This document shows positions 28,658 to 38,014 of a stretch of DNA of 64,000 bases, in pieces; position 1 is the first letter of the stretch, and every line of letters starts with the position of its first letter. Under the pieces are notes generated by a model. That model ran no database searches, was not told the DNA's origin, and worked only from the letters and a program-made list of their open reading frames with translations. This stretch comes from Candidatus Lustribacter sp. Its GTDB lineage: Bacteria > Vulcanimicrobiota > Vulcanimicrobiia > Vulcanimicrobiales > Vulcanimicrobiaceae. The stretch lies in assembly GCA_965277805.1 (NCBI GenBank), contig OZ255842.1:2336001-2400000 (forward strand). The letters are read 5' to 3'. Position numbers and translations under genes: made by a program.

Positions 28658-29422
28658 GTGGCGTTGGAGCGGCGCGCCAGAAAGTCGTCGCCGCGTCGTA
28701 TCGGCTCGATCGAAGTCGGATTCAAAATCGTGCGCGCCCTCGAGACGGCGGATGGGCTGCTTCCGCTGAAAGAGCTCTCGAAGCGCGCCGGCATGCCGCC
28801 GAGCAAGGCATATGCATACGTCGCGAGTTTCGTGCACGAAGGCATGCTGGTGCAAGATGAGGTTACGGGCCGTTACGGCCTCGGACCCTATGCGATGTCG
28901 ATCGGCATCGCGGCGCTGCGGCAATCGGAGCTCATCGACGAAACGCGGCGCGATGCGGCGTCAATCAGCGAGGCGACAACGTGCTCGGTGATCCTCTCCA
29001 CCTGGGGCAACCTCGGCGCGGCGATCGTCTATCGCGCCGACGGCAAACACCGCGGCCCAACCTCGATGCGCGTCGGATATGTCGTGCCGCTGTGGCGCTC
29101 GGCGACGGGCCGCATCTTCCTCGCCTATCTCCCGCCGCAAGACACCGCCCCACTACTCGCCCGAGAAGAGGGCCTCGAGTGGAATTCTCCGCCCGTCTCC
29201 GAGGAGAACGCGCGCGTCCGCGCTGACGGCTATGCGTTAACCCCGGAAAACAGCGAATTCGCGGGCATCGCGGCGCCGATCCTCGATCAGTACGGTCATA
29301 TCGTCGCGGCGCTGACGCTGAGCCGCCCGTTCGCGGACAACACAAGCGAGACGCGCCACAAGCTCGGTCAAATTACCAAAGACGCAGCGGACGCGATCGG
29401 CAAACGTATCGCGCACGCCTGA
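28658..29422 (+). CDS. IclR-family transcriptional regulator
   Basis: GSIEVGFKIV, LKELSKRAGMPPSKA, RYGLG, SATGRIFLA and GIAAPI. Confidence 0.9.
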   Translation: MALERRARKSSPRRIGSIEVGFKIVRALETADGLLPLKELSKRAGMPPSKAYAYVASFVHEGMLVQDEVTGRYGLGPYAMSIGIAALRQSELIDETRRDAASISEATTCSVILSTWGNLGAAIVYRADGKHRGPTSMRVGYVVPLWRSATGRIFLAYLPPQDTAPLLAREEGLEWNSPPVSEENARVRADGYALTPENSEFAGIAAPILDQYGHIVAALTLSRPFADNTSETRHKLGQITKDAADAIGKRIAHA

Positions 29423-29425
29423 CGC

Positions 29426-31066
29426 TCAGGTCGAGAAGCGGGTAAAGCCGGTCGCTTCCGCGCGCGCGCTGAAATCCGTTACCACGTTCACTACCGCACT
29501 CTGCCCGCGGGCCACGGCCTGCGCCGCCCGTTCGAGCGCGGGACGAATGTCATCGGGATTCTCGACGTATTCACCGTGACAGCCCAGCGCGACGGCCATC
29601 TGCTCGTAGTGCGTGTACCCGAGTTCGCGGCCGACTTTCTTGCGCTCCGGATCGCCCGTCCAACCGCCGTTCAAGCTGATGACGACGAGGATCGGCAGAT
29701 TATGCCGGGTCGCCGTGTCGAGTTCCATGCCGTTGAGACCGAACGCGCCGTCTCCGGTCAGCACGATCACTTGCGCGTCCGGTTTGGCCGCCTTCGCGCC
29801 GACGCCGAACGGCAGGCCGACACCCATCGTGCCGAACGGCCCGGAATTGAGCCGGTGGCCCGGAACGAACGACGGAATGCTCTGCCGGCCGTAATTGAGG
29901 ATTTCTTGTCCATCGACCACGAGAATCGCGTCGCGGTCCATAAAATCGCGGACTTCTTTGCAGAGCCGCAACGGATGGATCGGCACCTGCGCATTGGCCA
30001 GGTTCGCCTCGTTCTTCGCTTGCCGCTCGCGCTCGATTCCGCCGAGTTGCTCCCGCCACAGCGCATACGATGCTTTGACGCCCGGCCCGATCGCCGCAGT
30101 GAACTGAGCGAGTACCGTTGCCGCATCGCCGGCGATGCCGAGGTCGGCCGTACCGTTGGCGATTTCCGCCGGATCGATGTCGATGCGGATCTTCTTCGCA
30201 CTGCCTGATAGCCGCGGTGGTCGCCCGTAGCCGAAGACATAATTCAAGCGCGTGCCGACCACGATGTACAAGTCGGCTTCTTTGAACGCGGTTGAGCGCG
30301 CGCTCGCATAAAAGTATTCATGGTCTTCGGGTACGACGCCGCGGCCCTGCGGTGTCGTATAGAACGGCATGCCGGTCGCTTCGACGAAACGCTGCAGTTC
30401 GGCGGCGGCCCCCGACCAGATAACGCCGCTGCCGCTCAGCAACACCGGTTTGCGTGCCGCCTGCAAGAGTTCGAGCGCACGAGCGACGGCTGCGGCCGGG
30501 GCCGCCGGCTGCGCGAACAGCGCACCCTCCGAAACCTTGGGCCACTTGACGTCGCCTTCTTCTACTTCTTGATGGAGGACGTCCCCCGGCAAGTCGAGGT
30601 AGACGGGACCGGGTTTGCCGGATCGCGCTTGCGCAAACGCGCGATAGACGAACTCGGGAATCCGCTTGGCCGTGTAAACGCGTTCAGCCCATTTCGTCAC
30701 CGGCCGCATGATCGCGAGCTGATCGATCTCTTGAAACGCGCCGAGGCCGTATTGTTCGACGGGACTCGAGCCGCCCAACGCCACGACCGGCGCGCAATCG
30801 ATGAGTGCGTTGGCGAGACCGGTGGTCAGGTTGATCGAGCCGGGACCCGAACATGCCATGCACACGCCCGGCACACCGCGTAAGCGCGCATAGGCGTGCG
30901 CCATCATTGCGGCCGCTTGCTCGTGACGCACATCGATCATGCGGATGCCGTCGCGCTGAGCGACGCTCGCGGTCTCGATCATCGGACCGCCCATGATGAA
31001 GAACAAATCTTGAACGCCCTGCGCTCGCAGCGCCCGGACGAGCAGGTCAACGCCCTTGATTGCCAT
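29426..31066 (-). CDS. ThDP-dependent enzyme, oxalyl-CoA decarboxylase/2-hydroxyacyl-CoA lyase family
   Basis: VRHEQAA, GAFQE, GPFGTMGVG and GDGAFG...NGGW ThDP motif. Confidence 0.85.
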   Translation of the reverse strand: MAIKGVDLLVRALRAQGVQDLFFIMGGPMIETASVAQRDGIRMIDVRHEQAAAMMAHAYARLRGVPGVCMACSGPGSINLTTGLANALIDCAPVVALGGSSPVEQYGLGAFQEIDQLAIMRPVTKWAERVYTAKRIPEFVYRAFAQARSGKPGPVYLDLPGDVLHQEVEEGDVKWPKVSEGALFAQPAAPAAAVARALELLQAARKPVLLSGSGVIWSGAAAELQRFVEATGMPFYTTPQGRGVVPEDHEYFYASARSTAFKEADLYIVVGTRLNYVFGYGRPPRLSGSAKKIRIDIDPAEIANGTADLGIAGDAATVLAQFTAAIGPGVKASYALWREQLGGIERERQAKNEANLANAQVPIHPLRLCKEVRDFMDRDAILVVDGQEILNYGRQSIPSFVPGHRLNSGPFGTMGVGLPFGVGAKAAKPDAQVIVLTGDGAFGLNGMELDTATRHNLPILVVISLNGGWTGDPERKKVGRELGYTHYEQMAVALGCHGEYVENPDDIRPALERAAQAVARGQSAVVNVVTDFSARAEATGFTRFST

Positions 31067-31074
31067 CGTGCCCT

Positions 31075-32304
31075 TCAGATCGCCTTCTGTTCGCGCATCG
31101 CGTCGAGTTCGCCGGCTGAATATCCCAGCGCCGTATAGACCGCGTTCGTATGCTCGCCCAAGAGCGGCGACGCCGTCACGGGCACGCTGGACTCCGACAT
31201 GTGCACCGGCCAGCCCGGCATGGTGAAGTCGCCCCGCTTCTTATGCTGGACGGTAACGATAACCCCGCGGCGGCGCATCTCGGGATCGTTGGCGATCTCT
31301 TCGGTGTCGAAGACCGCGCCGGCCGGAATGCCGGCTTCGCCGAGCATCTTCATCACCGAACGCTTGTCGTGCTGAAGCGTCCACTCGCTGATCAGTTCGT
31401 CGATTGCCGCGCGGTTCTCATAACGTGCCCGGGGCGTCGAGAAGCGCGGATCTTCGGCGAGTTCGCTGCGTCCCATGAATTCCAGCAGCCGCTCCCAGTG
31501 ACGGCTGCCCGCGCGCGTGCTATAGATGAAGCAATAGTCGCTCGAACCCCCGCCTTTGCACGGATATGCTTCGCTGGGAGCAGTCGAGCCGATGACGCTC
31601 GCGTTGCCGTTGCGCATCGCCGGCTTACCGAAGAGCGCGTTGCTGGCAAATCCGATGCGCGCGAAGTTCGTAACGGTCTCTTGCATGACGACTTCGATTT
31701 TCTGGCCGCGCCCGGTAGATTCACGCTGGTAGAGCGCCGCCAGAATGCCGATCACCGCATGGAGACCGGCACCGGTGTCCCCGATCGTGGCGCCGGAACG
31801 CAGAGGGCGTCCGTCGGCCTCGCCGTTAATGGACATCGCGCCGCCCGTTGCCTGCGCGATCATGTCGAACGAGAGGTAGTTCGCGTAGGGTCCGTCCGGT
31901 GCGAAACCTTTGATCTGGGCGAAGATGATCCGCGGATTGATCTTGGACACTTCTTCGTAGCTAAAACCGAGCCGCTCGATAACACCCGGCCCGAAATTCT
32001 CGACGAAGATGTCGGATTTCGCAATCAGCTTGCGCAGCAGCTCCTTGCCCTGATCATGTTTGAGATTGCAGGTAACGCTTTGTTTGTTTGCATTGAGGAG
32101 CATGAAGTAGTGCGAGTCAACGCCCGGCTCGTTGCTCGAGGCCGCACGGCTCTGATCGCCGGCCGGGGGTTCGACCTTGATGACATTCGCACCGAGCCAG
32201 GCCAGCGTCATCGTGCACGACGGGCCCGATTCGAACTGCGTGAGATCGCAGACCGTTATGCCGTTAAGAGCGCCAGGGCTCGTTTGTTGCGATGATGATG
32301 TCAC
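31075..32304 (-). CDS. Family III CoA-transferase, formyl-CoA transferase-like
   Basis: DLTQFESGP, LNANK, VENFGPG and catalytic Asp in TIGDTGAG. Confidence 0.88.
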   Translation of the reverse strand: MTSSSQQTSPGALNGITVCDLTQFESGPSCTMTLAWLGANVIKVEPPAGDQSRAASSNEPGVDSHYFMLLNANKQSVTCNLKHDQGKELLRKLIAKSDIFVENFGPGVIERLGFSYEEVSKINPRIIFAQIKGFAPDGPYANYLSFDMIAQATGGAMSINGEADGRPLRSGATIGDTGAGLHAVIGILAALYQRESTGRGQKIEVVMQETVTNFARIGFASNALFGKPAMRNGNASVIGSTAPSEAYPCKGGGSSDYCFIYSTRAGSRHWERLLEFMGRSELAEDPRFSTPRARYENRAAIDELISEWTLQHDKRSVMKMLGEAGIPAGAVFDTEEIANDPEMRRRGVIVTVQHKKRGDFTMPGWPVHMSESSVPVTASPLLGEHTNAVYTALGYSAGELDAMREQKAI

Positions 32305-32363
32305 GATAAGATCCCCTCTCTACGTGCGCGTTTTTTCCGGACGCGGCACAGCGCACCTTTGCC

Positions 32364-32409
32364 TTGAATTTGTCTATGGCAAATTCAAAAAATTTACCAC
32401 TGTTAAATT
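32364..32409. promoter_or_regulatory. Tandem palindromic operators in a divergent promoter (candidate IclR sites)
   Basis: TTGAATTTGTC-TAT-GGCAAATTCAA (32364-32388) and AATTTACC-ACT-GTTAAATT (32391-32409). Confidence 0.65.
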
Positions 32410-32498
32410 GGAAAACCGGCATTAGGAAAAGTCGCGTTCGCGTCAAGGTACGCAACAACGCGTAACGGAAGAGCGCTCGAACTTTCGCGGAGAATGAA

Positions 32499-33464
32499 GT
32501 GGATTTGAAGACACGTTCGTCCTTTCTTACCGCTGCGGGCGTCGGCTTAGCCGCTGTAACTCTGCCGCATATCGCTCGCGCACAACAGGCAACCGTGCGC
32601 GTCGCGGGCGCCTCCACCGACGTTTTTGCCGAGCCGTTTTATGCCGACGCATCCGGAGCATTTGCGGCGCACGGTTTCGACTTGCAGACGATGACGATCG
32701 ACAACGTCGGCGCCATCGCTGCCGCAATCGGCGGCGGCAGCTTAGAAATGGGCGTCGGAGATCTTATCTCCGGCGTCAACGCAATTATCGCCGGCGTTCC
32801 GATCGTGATGATTGCCGGCGGCGGCCTCTATCGCTCGCCCGCCGATCGCGCCGGCAACATCCTCGCCGTCGCCAACGCATCGCCGATCCAGTCGGCCAAA
32901 GATTTCATCGGCAAATCGATCGGCGTCCCGACGCTTGTCGGCCTGACGACGGCCTGCCTCAAGGCCTGGTTGCCGGCGCACGGCGTACCGCTCTCAAGCG
33001 TGCGCCTGGCCGAGATTCCGTCGCCCACGATGGTCCCGGCATTGCAACGCGGCACGGTCGACATCGCGCTCTTGAGCGAGCCGCTCGTGACGATTTCGAA
33101 GGCGGACGTGCGAGCGGTGGGCTACCCGTTCGATGCGGCGGCCGATCATTCGCCGAGCCACGCATTCTGCTTCGGCGTTTGGTACGCGTCCAAAGCGTGG
33201 GTCGAAGCCGATCGAGATCGCGCCCGCCGGGTGGTGCAAGCGATCTACGACGGCGCGCGCTGGGCGAACGCCCACCGCGATGAAACGCTCGGCATTATGG
33301 TCGAGCGCCGGAAACTGAACGCCGAACAAGTCCGCGGGATGACGCGCGTGACGTATGCCACCTCGTTGACGCCCGACTTGATCGCGCCCGTCTTGGAGCT
33401 TGCGATGCAGCAGAACGTGTTCGCAAAGCCCGTCAACGCCGACGCGTTGATCACACGCATCTAG
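32499..33464 (+). CDS. ABC substrate-binding protein, NMT1/SsuA-like
   Basis: Tat-like leader (TRSSFL); SPIQSAKDFIGKSIG and ALQRGTVD. Confidence 0.82.
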   Translation: MDLKTRSSFLTAAGVGLAAVTLPHIARAQQATVRVAGASTDVFAEPFYADASGAFAAHGFDLQTMTIDNVGAIAAAIGGGSLEMGVGDLISGVNAIIAGVPIVMIAGGGLYRSPADRAGNILAVANASPIQSAKDFIGKSIGVPTLVGLTTACLKAWLPAHGVPLSSVRLAEIPSPTMVPALQRGTVDIALLSEPLVTISKADVRAVGYPFDAAADHSPSHAFCFGVWYASKAWVEADRDRARRVVQAIYDGARWANAHRDETLGIMVERRKLNAEQVRGMTRVTYATSLTPDLIAPVLELAMQQNVFAKPVNADALITRI

Positions 33465-33482
33465 TTCGAAATGGGGAATCAC

Positions 33483-34424
33483 ATGAACCGTAGAGAGGTC
33501 CTGTTCGGGAGCGCCGCTGCGCTCGGCGCCGCGGCCGTTCCGATCCGCGGGCGCGCTGCCTTGACGCAGATTCGCGTGGCCCTGGTCGTATCCGATTCAT
33601 CCGCCCTATGCGTGTATGCGAGTGCGGGCGGATTTCTGGACAAAGGCGGTATGTCGGTCGACATCCAGTACCTCGCCAACGGTGGGGCATCGATCTCCGC
33701 TTTACTCGGCGGCGCGATCGACATCACCCCGAGCAATTCGCTCTCCGCCGTCGTGGCACAGGAGAAGGGCTTGCCGGTGAAGATCGTCGGCATGCAATCG
33801 ATCTACCGCGCCGGCCAAGCCTCGACGCTGCTCCTCGTGAATAAGGATTCCCCGCTTCAGACGGCGCGCGACCTCGAGGGGAAGACCGTTGCGATCAGCA
33901 GCTTGCTGAGCAACACCCACATCTCGGTCATGCGTTGGATCGATAAAAGCGGCGGAAACTCAAAAAACGTCAAATATATCGAGCTCGGCTTCCCCGCGAT
34001 GCCGGCCGCGCTGCAGGCAAAGCGCGTGGACGCCATCATGGTCGCCGAGCCGAGCCTCACCGCTTCGCTCGGCTTCGCCCGCGTGTTCGCCGACGCGTAC
34101 GGCTCCTACGGACCGTCGTGGCTGCAAGATTGCTTCGTCTCGACCGACACCTGGATCAATGCGCATCCCGCCGAGACGAAGGCGTTCTGCGACGCCATGC
34201 TCGCAGCCGCCGTGTGGGCGAATCACAATCACGAAAGGACCGCGCCGATCCTCGCCAAGGCCCTAACGATGGATCAGCACATCATCGACGGAATGCACCG
34301 GGCGGTGTTCGCGGAAAAAGTGACGCCGCAGTTGATGCAGCCGGTCATCGACGCCGGCATCGAGTACGGCGCGTTGAGCAAGCCGCATTCGCCCGCGGAC
34401 GTGTTCGCCCGCCAGGTGCTCTGA
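33483..34424 (+). CDS. ABC substrate-binding protein, NMT1/SsuA-like, Tat signal
   Basis: MNRREVL twin-arginine leader; RDLEGKTVA and ALQAKRVDA. Confidence 0.85.
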   Translation: MNRREVLFGSAAALGAAAVPIRGRAALTQIRVALVVSDSSALCVYASAGGFLDKGGMSVDIQYLANGGASISALLGGAIDITPSNSLSAVVAQEKGLPVKIVGMQSIYRAGQASTLLLVNKDSPLQTARDLEGKTVAISSLLSNTHISVMRWIDKSGGNSKNVKYIELGFPAMPAALQAKRVDAIMVAEPSLTASLGFARVFADAYGSYGPSWLQDCFVSTDTWINAHPAETKAFCDAMLAAAVWANHNHERTAPILAKALTMDQHIIDGMHRAVFAEKVTPQLMQPVIDAGIEYGALSKPHSPADVFARQVL

Positions 34425-34427
34425 GGG

Positions 34428-35885
34428 CTAGAGCGTGATGTTGATATTCTTGAGCTGGGTGAAGTCGTACAGCTCATCGATCGACTCTTCGCGTCCGATT
34501 CCGGAGAGTTTGTAGCCTCCAAAGGGAGCGCCGATGAAGTGCGCCGCGGCGTTGTTGACCCAGACGAAACCGGATTGGACGCGAGCGGCGGCACGGTGTG
34601 CGGTGCGCAAGTCGCGGGTGAAGATGGCGGCGGTTAAACCGTACTCGACCGAATTGACGTCGGCGAGCATCCGCTCTTCGTCGGACCAGCGCAAGATGGA
34701 GAGAACCGGACCGAAGATTTCCTCGGCCGCGATGCGCATGGACATCGTGACGTCGGCGAAGATCGTCGGTTCTACGAAGAAGCCCTTCGCCAGCTCCGGA
34801 TCGCTCGGAACGTTGCCGCCGGTGACGAGGCGTGCGCCTTGTTCTTTGCCCGATGTGATGAATCCGAGGATCTTCTCCCACTGCTCGCGCGAGACGATCG
34901 CGCCCATCGTCGTGGCGGGATCCGTCGGGATGCCCGGCCGGTACGATTGCGCCGCCGCAGCGATGCCGTCGATCACGCGCTCGTAGAGCGCTTCGTGCAC
35001 GAAGACGCGTGAGGTCGAGCCGCACGATTGTCCGCACCAGGTAAAGTTCATGCCCTTGACTGCGCCCGCGATCGCAGCGTCGACATCGGCATCCGGATAG
35101 ATGATGAGCGCGTTCTTGCCGCCGAGCTCGAGCACGACGTGCTTGAGGCGATCCGCAGCGGCTTTGGCGATCGCGCGTCCGGTCGGGACGCTGCCGATCA
35201 GCGTAACCACCGGCACGAGCGGATGGACGGTTAGCGCCTCGCCCGATTCGCGGCCGCCGGTCACGATGTTCAGCACGCCGGGCGGGACGATGCCCTCGAG
35301 CAGTTCCATCAAGCGGTACGCGGAGAGCGGTGCCTGCGGCGGCGGTTTCATGATGACCGTGTTGCCGGCGGCCAGCGGCGCGCCGAACTTTCCCGCCGTG
35401 AACATCAGCGGGTGATTGTAGGCTACGATGCGCGCCACGACGCCGTACGGCTCGCGCACGGTCATGTTCACGACATCCTCGCCCATCGGAATCGTCTCGC
35501 CTTTGAGCTCGGTGACGAGGCCGGCGAAGAACTCCAATTGCGCGGCTGCGGCGTGCGCATCGTTTGCCATTTCGCTGACCGGGTTGCCGCAATTGAGCGC
35601 GTCGAGATAAGCGAACTCGCTCGCGTTCTCTCGCAGCACCACGGCGATGCGCCGTAAAATGGCGGCACGATCGAGCGGCTTCGTTTTGCGCCAGCTAGGC
35701 CAGGCTCGATGCGCCGCGGCGACGGCCGCTTCGACATCCTGTGTATTCGCGTCCGCGGCGTGCCCGAGCGAGGCTCCCGTGGCCGGATCGAACGTTTCGC
35801 TATATCCGCCTAGCGGCGCATGCCACGCTCCCCCGTAGTAGAGGTCGCGATGCACTGGCAATGCGACGGTCGCCGTCGCGGTCAT
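34428..35885 (-). CDS. Aldehyde dehydrogenase
   Basis: LELGGKN, GQSCGS catalytic Cys and EEIFGPV; ATG 35885 overlaps the upstream stop. Confidence 0.92.
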   Translation of the reverse strand: MTATATVALPVHRDLYYGGAWHAPLGGYSETFDPATGASLGHAADANTQDVEAAVAAAHRAWPSWRKTKPLDRAAILRRIAVVLRENASEFAYLDALNCGNPVSEMANDAHAAAAQLEFFAGLVTELKGETIPMGEDVVNMTVREPYGVVARIVAYNHPLMFTAGKFGAPLAAGNTVIMKPPPQAPLSAYRLMELLEGIVPPGVLNIVTGGRESGEALTVHPLVPVVTLIGSVPTGRAIAKAAADRLKHVVLELGGKNALIIYPDADVDAAIAGAVKGMNFTWCGQSCGSTSRVFVHEALYERVIDGIAAAAQSYRPGIPTDPATTMGAIVSREQWEKILGFITSGKEQGARLVTGGNVPSDPELAKGFFVEPTIFADVTMSMRIAAEEIFGPVLSILRWSDEERMLADVNSVEYGLTAAIFTRDLRTAHRAAARVQSGFVWVNNAAAHFIGAPFGGYKLSGIGREESIDELYDFTQLKNINITL

Positions 35886-37312
35886 GCGTACACCACCGTC
35901 TTTGCAACGGTATAGTCGATCGCGTCGTCGCTGCCGAAGCCGCTTTCCTTGACGCCCCCGAACGGCGTCTCGGGCCGGCCTAGACCGAAGCCGTTGATGC
36001 TGAGCATTCCGACCTCGAGCTTTTCCGCGACGCGATGCGCGGTCGAGATCGATTCGGTGAAGGCGTAACCGGCAAGGCCGAACGGCAGGCGGTTTGCTTC
36101 GGCGATCACCTCGTCGAAGGACTCGAAGGACGTCAGCACGGCGACGGGACCGAATGGCTCTTCGTTCATGATCGCGGCGTGCGGCGGAACATCGGCGAGT
36201 ACGGTCGGCTCGAAAAAGTATCCATCGCCGGCGATCCGTTTGCCGCCGGTCACGAGCCGGGCGCCGTTGGCGACCGCATCGAAGATCAGCCGTTCCATCG
36301 CATCGACGCGCCGCGCGTTCGCCAGCGGTCCGACGTCGGTCGCCGCATTGAAGCCGTCGCCGACGTGCAGACCGGCGACGACGCTGGCCATACGCTCGAC
36401 GAACGCAGCGTAGATGTTGCGATGCACGAAAAACCGCGTCGGCGAGATGCAGACTTGGCCGACGTTGCGCATCTTGTTCATGGCGCACATTTCGGCGGCG
36501 TTCTCGACGTCGGCATCGGCGAAAACGATCACGGGGGCGTGGCCGCCGAGCTCCATCGTGGTCGCTTTCACGCCGTCCGCGGCAAGGCGTTCGAGCGCTT
36601 TGCCGACGACGGTCGATCCGGTGAACGACACCTTGCGCACAACCGGTGACGCGATGAGGTGGGCCGATATCTTGCTCGGCACGCCGTACACGATTTGCAA
36701 CGCGTCCGCGGGGACGCCGCCGTCGATGAGCGCTTCGGCCAGCAGCAGCGCCGTCATCGGCGTCTCCTCGGCCGGTTTGACGATCATCGAGTTACCGGCT
36801 CCGAGGCCCGCGCCCATCTTGCGCGCCGGCAGCACGCCGGGAAAATTCCAGGGCGTGAATGCCACCACCGGGCCGAACGGCTGCCGGATCACGTACGCGC
36901 GTCCGTCGGCGCTGCGCGGCGGAACGACGCGGCCGTACAGCCGGCGGCCCTCTTCGGCCGACCACTCGATGTGCTCCGCGCAGCCGAGAATCTCCATCAG
37001 GCTGTCGCGATAGCGTTTGCCCCCTTCGAGCGTCTGCTGCGTTGCGATTGCTTCGGCACGTTCGCGAATGAGCGTGGCGCCTTGGCGCATGATTCCGCAG
37101 CGATCGAACGCCGTCAGCGCGCTCCAGCGTTCGAAGCCGCGCACCGACGCAGCGAGGGCGCGGTCGAGGTCGTCCGTCGACGCGATCGGCAGGCGCCCAA
37201 TTTCGAGTCCGGTCGATGGGTTGACCACCGGCAGCCACGGCCGGTCGTCGGCCGTGATTCGGTCACCGGCAATCAGCAGATACGGGTTCTGATATCGCGT
37301 TGCGGTAAGCAT
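35882..37312 (-). CDS. NAD(P)-dependent aldehyde dehydrogenase (SSADH/KGSADH-like)
   Basis: PWNFP, FTGST, MELGGHAP, GQVC and EEPFGP. Confidence 0.92.
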   Translation of the reverse strand: MLTATRYQNPYLLIAGDRITADDRPWLPVVNPSTGLEIGRLPIASTDDLDRALAASVRGFERWSALTAFDRCGIMRQGATLIRERAEAIATQQTLEGGKRYRDSLMEILGCAEHIEWSAEEGRRLYGRVVPPRSADGRAYVIRQPFGPVVAFTPWNFPGVLPARKMGAGLGAGNSMIVKPAEETPMTALLLAEALIDGGVPADALQIVYGVPSKISAHLIASPVVRKVSFTGSTVVGKALERLAADGVKATTMELGGHAPVIVFADADVENAAEMCAMNKMRNVGQVCISPTRFFVHRNIYAAFVERMASVVAGLHVGDGFNAATDVGPLANARRVDAMERLIFDAVANGARLVTGGKRIAGDGYFFEPTVLADVPPHAAIMNEEPFGPVAVLTSFESFDEVIAEANRLPFGLAGYAFTESISTAHRVAEKLEVGMLSINGFGLGRPETPFGGVKESGFGSDDAIDYTVAKTVVYA

Positions 37313-37328
37313 GGGTCCTTCGGTTCAA

Positions 37329-38003
37329 TCAGTGCTTGTGATCGTGGTCGTGGTCGTGGCTGTGTCCCGGATCGTAATTCTGCATGTGGCGGTTATCGGA
37401 GTGCGCCTGATGATCGTGCTCGTGCTCGAGCGGCGGCAGCAACGTTCCGTCGTTGGACGGCATCGCGCCCCACTTGCGCTTGGCGTGCATCACTTCTTCA
37501 AACGAGAGCTTCCGATGCTCGCCCGCCGGCAGCGTGTACTCTGCAGCGGGACTGCTCAGCGCTTCGAAGTACTTCTCGAAGCCCCCGGGCGTGGTGATGA
37601 GCAAGAACTTCGCGGTCTCGGACGTAACGCGAAATTCGTGCCGCGTTGAGTGCGGAACGTACACGAATCCGCCGGCCTTGACGCCAGTCCAAACCGTCTC
37701 GCCGATGCAGAAATCCATCTCACCGGCAAGCACGTAAAACGCTTCGGTCGTATTCGAGTGCGTGTGTCCCGGGGCCGCAAAGCCCTGCGGTGCGAGCTGC
37801 TCGACAATCGTGAACTGGTTGTCCGTATCGAGCGCGCGCGCTTTGAGCGTAAAGAGCGCCTCCATGAACCAGAGCGCCGGCCCTTCACCGGAGTTGAGGA
37901 CGTAACCGGGCGCGAGCCCTTCCGGCGATCCGATTGCGTGCTGCGTCGCAACGGGTTCGTCCGGTTCGATCTTCACGGGTGGTTTCAAGAATGAAAGAGT
38001 CAT
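37329..38003 (-). CDS. Cupin (quercetinase-like) with His-rich C-terminal tail
   Basis: HTHSNTTEAFYVLAG and VPHSTRHEF; tail HSHDHDHDHKH. Confidence 0.82.
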   Translation of the reverse strand: MTLSFLKPPVKIEPDEPVATQHAIGSPEGLAPGYVLNSGEGPALWFMEALFTLKARALDTDNQFTIVEQLAPQGFAAPGHTHSNTTEAFYVLAGEMDFCIGETVWTGVKAGGFVYVPHSTRHEFRVTSETAKFLLITTPGGFEKYFEALSSPAAEYTLPAGEHRKLSFEEVMHAKRKWGAMPSNDGTLLPPLEHEHDHQAHSDNRHMQNYDPGHSHDHDHDHKH

Positions 38004-38014
38004 GATCGTACTCC

